Under the pieces are notes generated by a model, which made no database searches, was not told the DNA's origin, and saw only the letters and a program-made list of their open reading frames with translations. From NCBI RefSeq assembly GCF_009914755.1, contig NC_060927.1: DNA of 64,000 nt; one strand, 5' to 3'. Source of the DNA: the human T2T-CHM13v2.0 reference genome, Homo sapiens. Position 1 is the first letter of the stretch, and the number at the start of each line of letters is the position of its first letter. A program made the position numbers and the translations under genes. Below are positions 55,901 through 64,000 of this stretch, piece after piece.

Positions 55901-56467
55901 TTAAATATACTGTAAGCTTCCATTTAAAAAACAAAGGAGATAAAGTACCCAGGGACATCATAAGTTGAGACCTAAGAAAGAAGCATAATTTAGGATTCCC
56001 TATTCCTGCCAAAGGCATTCTTAAAATTTTAATATTTTGTCATTATTAGAGACATTGGTCTTTACCCCCAAATAAGCTCATGTAAAACTATCTAGCCACT
56101 CAGATCCAAAATACAGGTTTGTTGAAACAAGATGTGTCTTGCTTCATTGTGGTATTTAAAACAGCTCTAGCCAGATTTTGAAAATCATCATCTTTAAACC
56201 ACTCCCATGAGGCTGCCAACTGCTCATTCATAATGAGTTTCTTGTTTCTCCCAAATGGTGGGCTTTAGGGACAGAGCAGGGATCACTAAAGATGATTACC
56301 ATGGTCTTACTACAAATACCTAATTGTGTAGATGTATGGTAAATGTATGTTGTGTGTGTTTGTGTGTGTGTGTAAGAATGACATAGTCATTGGGCTCAAT
56401 GATGAATTACAATCTTTGGACAATCAAGTCAGTTTTTGCTTTTTTGGAGCAAGACTGTTTCATTAAG

Positions 56468-56510
<43 letters not shown>

Positions 56511-56531
56511 TACATACATACATACACACAC
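56468..56531. repeat. (TA)n(CA)n microsatellite
   Basis: Direct reading. Confidence 0.95.
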
Positions 56532-56974
56532 AGATTTGGCTATCTAATATACAATAATGCATATTATATATTGTACATATAATATAATAACATGATATAT
56601 AATATCCAATATACCACATATATTATAACTATCTTGAGTGTGTTTAATCATGCTTCAAGAATAGTTGACAGAAAAACACTGCATATTACCAATTAGGACC
56701 ATTAATAAAGAAAAAGTATTTATTCATTCACTCCTTTAATTATTTATTCAACCACTATTCTGAACATCTATAAAATACAGATCATGATGTTAAATGTTGC
56801 ACATAAGGTGAGAACATGACAGAAAATCACATACTAAACAAACAATTTCAAAATGAATTATGCATTTGCAATTTTGTTAAGCGTGCTGTGAAGGAGAAAA
56901 ACAGGATGCTATAAGTTCTTGTAACAAGAGGATCTGTTATGGAAGGCTTCTTTTATTCCTGCTTAATCACTCTA

Positions 56975-56978
<4 letters not shown>

Positions 56979-57010
<32 letters not shown>
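56979..57010. repeat. (GT)n microsatellite
   Basis: Direct reading. Confidence 0.95.
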
Positions 57011-57013
<3 letters not shown>

Positions 57014-57103
57014 CCTGGGCTCAAATCAATCACAAGAATCTTTTATCATGCAAGGGTGTGGCATATAGAATATTGGAGGAAGAAGAAATTTTAAAAATCA
57101 GCC

Positions 57104-57355
57104 TTTTTGTCTTTACTCCTGGGATTTTCCTTGATATTTACTGTTCTATTTACCTTTGCATGATGAAGAACTACCTTATAGTTTGAACTCTATCAGAATT
57201 CTTCAATTTAGTATGGAAACTGTTAGTCAATGATCTCTTTAACTTGGGATGCAATTATAAAAAATAAAGAGAAATGATGAAACAATTAAAAATTTTCCTG
57301 ATTCTGGGAAGCAACCTTGAAGGCCTGCTGACACACTCTACTCTCCCTTTGAGAG
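57104..57355. repeat. Copy 1 of a ~250-bp local duplication of unique sequence
   Basis: Aligns co-linearly with 59827-60079. Confidence 0.95.
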
Positions 57356-58259
57356 AATGAAAGTAGAGTGGCCTCTGTGGTCCATCATCTCACAGGCTGT
57401 TTTCTTAACTCTTTCCAGCACCATGGCGCCATGGCATTTAGAACAATGAGTGAAATAATTTTGTACATTAAATGTAACCTGGGGGTAGCATTTTTAATAT
57501 GGATATGTCAACGTAGGTTTCTTAAAAATGCTGAAGTAAGTTGGTGTAGAGATAGTTATCAGGAGGGATCTGAGAGGTTATCTAATTATATGCTCTTTTT
57601 TTTCCAGAAAATATTTTTAAAAATTAGGCAGATGAAATGATTGCATGACATGAAAATTGTGTGATTTATGGAAAAGGTGATGTTGGGGTTTTATTCAAGG
57701 TAAATAAACTCAGTCCTTTTCAACATTTTTCTCATTGAATTTTTCAGTACTCTAAACTATTTCAAAAACATTCTTTAACAAGAATAAAATGCTCAAATAC
57801 AAAACAAAAATAGGTAAAGAAAAGCAAACATTCTGTTAGAAATACGTGATTTGGCTTGCTGTTTCTTTCTTCTCCCTACTCCATGGGGCTGCAGTGATCA
57901 AGATTTCCTCCTGGAGGAGTGAATTCTTCAGCTTTCAGCATCTGTTAATTCTCTGAATGTTGCCTGTCTTGATTTTATTACGGAGCATTTATAGAGAGAA
58001 GCATATCTCGCAGTGGCCATTAGGCTAACACTAGTAGATGATAGATGAAATGTCTAGCAGCTGCACATAATGCCATCTAGCCCTAAACTGGACATCTACA
58101 ATTCATCCTTCAAAATACACATGTACATGATTACTGAAGTTACAGATACAATTAAATCTTCACCAGCAGATGTCTGGTGGGAAGGAGCTGGAAAGTGAGA
58201 ACATAGTTGTAGCCAATGATGCTGGATTGGGCATTGTATCTTAAAAAACAGCTATTCTT

Positions 58260-58559
58260 GGCCATGCGCGGTGGCTCACACCTGTAATCCCAGCACTTTG
58301 AGAGGCTTAGGAGGGCGGATCACGAGGTCAGGAGATCGACACCAGCCTGGCCAACATGGTGAAACCCTGTCTCTACTAAAAATACAAAAATTAGCTGAGC
58401 TGGTGGCACGTGCCTGTGGTTCCAGCTACTCAGGAGGCCGAGGCAGGCAAATCCCTTGAATCTGAGAGGCTGAGGCAGCAGTGCGCCGAGATCACGCCAC
58501 TGCACTCCAGCCTGGGTGAAAGAGCGAGACTCTGTCTCAAAACAAACAAACAAGCAAAC
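58260..58559 (+). mobile_element. AluS (Sg/Sc-like)
   Basis: Sense Alu with (AAAC)n tail; TSD aaaacagctattctt. Confidence 0.96.
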
Positions 58560-58742
58560 AAAACAGCTATTCTTTATCTGATTTCCTAGTTTAACTCTTT
58601 TGTTCATATGGCATCAGAGATAAAAATTCAGATTCTACCACATCAGCTCTTAGAGAATTTTTTTCTTTAAAAGGGTTGATATCCTTAGAAATGACCAAAA
58701 TCCAGACAGATGCCTGTATTTTAAACTTGGGGCTTCTTTCTC

Positions 58743-59030
<288 letters not shown>

Positions 59031-59439
59031 TAAACTTGGGGTTTCAATGCATCCCATCATTGTCTGACCCTTTAGGATGCCTATAACTACTTTACCCATG
59101 CCTGCAAAATATGATTCACCATGTATTTTCCTCACTTTACTTCTTATTCAAGTCCATTGTCTTCTTGCTGTTCTCTATGGTATAGATATACTAAATATAA
59201 ACATTTGTCTATCATAGATAAGTTAAAAAACTCTTGTAAAAATTTGACATGTTTGTAGAAAACTCTGCCACTCTTTAAACCTACTTCTTAATTTATTTTG
59301 CTTTCAAATTCATTCACATGTAACTGTGGCTAACCTTTCTTACTCTGATAATAATTACCTTATAGGATTTGTTTTGTGATGATTGAAGAAGTATCTAAAA
59401 GAGTTCCTGAAATGTGGTAGGTTCTTGATGAATAATAGC

Positions 59440-59680
59440 TGTACTATGGCAGGGTGGAAAGACCCTGAATTTTACTTGCAGGTAGATCAGAGTTCATAGT
59501 ATATATCTATGGCTTGCTAGCTATGTGACCTTGGCTGTGTTGCTTAGCCTTTATGAGCATGAATTTCCTTTAAATGCAGGGAATAAACCCTAACTTGTAA
59601 TGATGATGTAAGAATTGGGGACAATATTTCTAGCAAAAATGGAGTGCTCTATAAATGATACAATCACTATCATCATTCTT
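59440..59680 (+). mobile_element. MIR
   Basis: 'ttgctagctatgtgaccttggctgtgttgcttagcctttatgagc'. Confidence 0.6.
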
Positions 59681-59826
59681 AGCTGCTCACTTCAGGAGCT
59701 TGAAATCTTTGTGTTGGCTGTTAAACATGTGATTTTACTTTTCCACACAACAAAGGGCATGGTAAACTCAGCCTCAGTTGGAGTTTGAAACAACTCAAAT
59801 CTGTGGAAAACAACGTGGTACAGGTG

Positions 59827-60079
59827 TTTTTATCTTTCCTCCTGGGATTTTCCTCGATCTTTACTGTTCTATTTACCTTTGTATGATTGAGAACTACCTT
59901 ACAGTTTGAACTCTCTATCAGAATTCTTCAATTTAGTATGGTAACTATTAGTTAGTCAATGATCTCTTTAACTTGGGATGCAATTATACAAAATAAAAAG
60001 AAATGATGAAACAACTAATAATTTTCCTGATTCTGGGAAGCAAACTTGAAGGCCTGCTGACACACTCTCCCTTTGAGAG
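59827..60079. repeat. Copy 2 of the ~250-bp local duplication
   Basis: Aligns with 57104-57355 with small indels. Confidence 0.95.
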
Positions 60080-60938
60080 GGTGATGATAGTAGATGATAG
60101 ATAGCAGGGCCTCTGGATAGAGGCAACATGGCTGTGAGTATGCACCCTAGCCCCAGTGGTGTGAAATTGAGCCAGATATGTCCTACTCTCAGCTTCTATC
60201 TCACATTCTAAAAATGTTAATATATCTTTATTTTTTTCACCAAATATTTGAGGCACTACTACATACGTGGTATTGTTCCATAGCCTGGGGACATATGGCA
60301 GAAAACATCATTGCCCTCACGGACTTTACCTGGGGAGAAGTAGACAACAAACAGCCAAATGCATGCTTAACTCGTTTGATAATTAAAACTATGGTGAGTA
60401 GTATCAAGGAAAAGTGTAGAATATCAGGACAGAATTTAGCGGGCACCCAACCTCATTCAGGAGAGCGCTGTGGAATATAACAATACTTCTTGCAATAATG
60501 TCATGAGGATTAACTGCCACAAAGTACTTAGCAAATGATCTGGCACAGAGTGAGGGCTCAGAAAATTGTTAACTGTTAAAACTATGTTTATTGAAGTCCC
60601 AATGGATAGTTTGTACAAGGATAATAAGTATAAAATAAAGATGAATTAGGTTGCAGGCTGTGTCCCCTGAGGATTATACAGTTCCACTGAAGAGACAATA
60701 GGTCATACAAATATGAGATTAAATGCCCAAGCAATAAACCTCTAGGAATTTCATATTTTAAAGTATCAGTTTAGTCTGGAGTAGTCAAAAAATGGTCCCA
60801 GAAGAGATGAAATTTAATCTAGGCCCTGAAGAGAGAGTTGATTTTTTTTATAGTTAAAGACCAAAGGGAAGGTCTAATACTAATGCGTGCCTTCCATCTT
60901 TACTTCCTATATAGGTAAGGTAAATTGTAATTGCTCAC

Positions 60939-61099
60939 CTGGTAGGTGATTCAAGGTTACGGCAGCAATTTAGTGATGTCATAAAAAACTAATCTTTTTT
61001 CCATTGTATTCTCCATCATTCTCTGAATGTTAAGGGTATTTCTCAAACAAGAAAGCAACAGCAGCTTCAAGCATATTGAAGTACAATTACAGTAAATAC
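60939..61099 (-). pseudogene. Candidate pseudo-exon
   Basis: Strong CAG|GTGAGC donor; the acceptor position reads ttccctg (AG possibly lost). Frames give LEAAVAFLFEKY and MEKRLVFYDITK. Confidence 0.35.
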
Positions 61100-61130
61100 C
61101 AGGGAAATAATAGTTTTGCCCTACCAGCTT

Positions 61131-61170
<40 letters not shown>
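61131..61170. repeat. (TA)n(CA)n microsatellite
   Basis: Direct reading. Confidence 0.95.
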
Positions 61171-61171
<1 letters not shown>

Positions 61172-61512
61172 TACAGAGAAAAATAGTTTCTGTAAGCACC
61201 TTAACAGAAGTCTTCTCACATGTCACTGGACAAAAGGGATTGCATGTACATTTCTAATCATTTGTTCAGGCGAATCAGAGTGCCATGAATGACTTACATA
61301 GAACATGTTTCATCCCCTTGGTGGGATATCTGGTGTTTGGAAATTTTTTTAAAAAAGGACAGTTCATCTATATAAAGACAAAAAGAAAAATGACTTTTAG
61401 GGGGGCCACTAACAGCCACACTTTCTATTCCTCCTTCTTTATCTATAAAATTTTCTTATATTCATCTATTCTGAGATTCCAAAGGAGAGCTCATTCTCGG
61501 TGTATTACATAC

Positions 61513-61815
61513 CTGCTCCCCACAAGCTGAGGGTGCTGTCTCCTCTGAGAAAGATTCAGAGCTTTTGCCTCTTGATCTAGGATCCCACGACATAATCAGC
61601 TACTACTTCTCATAGAGCCTTCAGGTACATGATATTACATAGAAGTGGCCTAAAAGATGAAACACATGGGTGAAGCAGGAAAACCTTGTGCTGAGACATG
61701 TGATAAACTCATGAACAAGAGTGCATGGCAGCTGTAGACTCAGAGTCAGATCTTTGCTAGGAAGAGTGATGATTACATGCTCCATAATGTCAGAAGGATT
61801 GTCAGTTGGCACAAA
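61513..61815 (-). pseudogene. Candidate pseudo-exon (303 nt, phase 0-0)
   Basis: ttttgttaatttttag acceptor and CAG|GTATGT donor; length is a multiple of 3; FVPTDNPSDIMEHVIITLPSKDLTLSLQLPCTLVHEFITCLSTRFSCFTHVFHLL..., with 3 stops in the last third. Confidence 0.5.
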
Positions 61816-62639
61816 CTAAAAATTAACAAAACGAGACATGAAGAAGGAACATTTTCATTCGTTGTGCAAAACATCATAATTAGGTATGCAAGCTCCTTTC
61901 ACTTATAACAAATTTCCACTCAGTACCATATTTGATTGTGCACATCACAAAGTATGAGTTTATCTTTTTTTGTTGTTGCAAGTTGCATAGTATGATAATA
62001 GAAAATCCCATACCTCTATGTTTTATCTTCGTGGGATGCTACCTTAACAGCAAGTCATCTATTCACAGCATTAAATGTTTAGAAGGTATATTGGTGAAAC
62101 AAGAAATGTTATTCCTCTGATGCTCTATTATGAGGTTGTTTTATCGCAGGACAATATGTGGTACAGAAAGGACAAGATCTATGGAGTCAGGTAGGAGACA
62201 TGGAAGGGAGAAATTTGCAGGCAACATGTAGGTTTAATGGAGAGAAGGAAAAAACTAGAAATGGGAAATCTCCATCTTTCTACAGAGAAGAGTGAACTAA
62301 AAGTAGTTAGAAAGACAGGTTTAAGAAACTAGACACAGAAGAAGATAAAAAGTCTAGGAATTTGCAGAAACTGAGTGAATTCAGCCACCCACCATTGGCT
62401 AGAGGAAAACTCTAGTTACTTCTAACTTTTATATTTTATATTTTTCTCAATAGTTTCCATATAGTCAGCACCTAAATTGATGGCCCACTGTTTGTGTCTG
62501 AATTGTCCCATAAGGCTAAGGAAAGGGGTGGTGCTGATAATCTTTGGTATTTCCAGTGTGAGGAGGGCTGGGAGACTCAAGTGTCTTAGAGAGAGTTCAG
62601 CTCCAGCATGTGGGGCAAATTGGAGTAGTTTTGTTTCTT

Positions 62640-62788
62640 GCCCTTCTCTTTTGAAGTATTTATTCTATTCACACAATGTTTGCCATCAGAAACTCAATGC
62701 TGTTGTGTTGGCCTCTCCTCTTCATCAAGTGTACCCAATATCTTATTTGATCAGGACCCTGATCTCTGGAGTACAATGTTTTGTTTGG
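62640..62788 (-). pseudogene. Candidate pseudo-exon with RGS helix 3-4-like motif
   Basis: ctctcatttctcccag acceptor; PNKTLYSRDQGPDQIRYWVHLMKRRGQHNSIEFLMANIV*; donor not clear. Confidence 0.45.
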
Positions 62789-63260
62789 CTGGGAGAAATG
62801 AGAGCAACCAAATCATGGATAACAAAACAGATGTTTTTGTAAAACAAAGCAGAAAGTAAATCACGGTCCCCAGAAACCAAGAAACATTACTTTTTTCCTA
62901 GTACTATGCAGAGATTTAAATTTTTAACCCAGAATGACTCGTTTTTGAAGACTTGGGCACACTGTATATACCATCGGTGGTGTTGGAGATGGGGAGAGAT
63001 AGGATTCAGAAGCCTGGAGCTCTCCCAACTACCTTAAGATGCACAGTTCTGAGGGACAGAGGTAACTGTTGCTGCCCTTATGGGTTGCAAATGGTGGAGC
63101 TGATGCAATCCCACCCACCAGAGGCCAGGTATTGGATGTATATATGGATGTGATGATTAGGGTTATAGGGATAAGTGTGGCTTTTCTTGCTTCTGATAAT
63201 ATATTTAATGGTGAGCGAGAATAAATGAATTCTATGTTTTTTAAAAACCACAGGAACCAC

Positions 63261-63470
63261 CTTTAGGTAGTCATGCAGGAAGTGATTAAAAAAAGAAAGA
63301 AAGAAAAACTCAACTATTTCAGGCCTCTTCTTTCTGCCCATAAAGTGAGCACCTGTTGTTTCTTTGAATTCATCAAACACTTTAAACTCATTGATGTTTT
63401 TGTAAAACTTATGATAACATTTAATAGTGCATTTTAAGTGACAGTAAATTTTGGTAAGTATAGTACTTGT
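63261..63470 (-). pseudogene. Candidate exon with RGS helix 4-5-like motif
   Basis: Stop-free frame 63470-63081; KIYCHLKCTIKCYHKFYKNINEFKVFDEFKETTGAHFMGRKKRPEIVEFF...DYLK followed by AAG|GTGGTT. Confidence 0.42.
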
Positions 63471-64000
63471 TTATGACTTTGAGCTACACAGAGTGCATTT
63501 GCTTTTTTGAAATATTGCGTCTAGCACCTAAGATGAGACTACTTCATATTCCTATGTTAAAAACTGTTGTCATGAACTTGGTCTAAATTCAGACTCATCA
63601 TCCATGAATGCACAGGGGTGGATGGAATCAATTTTAAATCAGTGAGCTGAATTGCAGGAATGTAAACTAAGTATAAGCTGTCATTCTAGAAAGTTGACTC
63701 AAGAAAACCAGGTCCTTAAGAAATATCCTGTGATTGCAGTGGATCTTCTGGTGAATAAATAAGCTACTGCTGCTAAATATGCCTCTACAATATGCTTGAC
63801 AGTAAAGAGAAGCAAGTGATGATCTTATGAATAAAAACAGCTACTGTCAGAAAAGTTGAGACACCCTGAAAAGTCAGTGTCCTCAGTTCTGCATTATGAC
63901 ACGTAGCAAATAGAAAAATATTATGCTAATAATAGTAGTTGGTGTACTAAGTAATTGCTTTATGCAAAGAAGTTTACACCGATTATCCTTAAGACATCCC

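Noticed and set aside
57840-58187. Additional minus-strand exon candidate after ctttccag
   Set aside because: Stops in all frames and no clear motif or donor; too weak to list, though not excluded.

Overview
AT-rich primate (human-like) genomic DNA, 64 kb. I found no intact protein-coding gene, CpG island, RNA gene or CRISPR array. A large share is interspersed repeat: 12 dimeric Alus plus a monomer, many L1 pieces (including a clear twin-primed 5'-inverted L1MA), a full LTR-int-LTR MaLR, solo LTRs, a Tigger1 with nested insertions, hAT MITEs, MIR/L2 relics and microsatellites. Many ORF-track entries are by-products of these repeats. The most interesting signal is in the unique DNA between repeats: about a dozen minus-strand segments from ~63.5 kb to ~3.9 kb, many bounded by AG/GT splice signals, whose stop- and frameshift-containing translations repeatedly show RGS-domain-like motifs in a sensible order. 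I infer a decayed multi-exon, multi-RGS-domain (RGS22/RGSL1-like) gene. This was read by eye and needs an HMM or alignment check. Repeat family names come from recalled consensus sequences, and boundaries are approximate unless target-site duplications (TSDs) are given.
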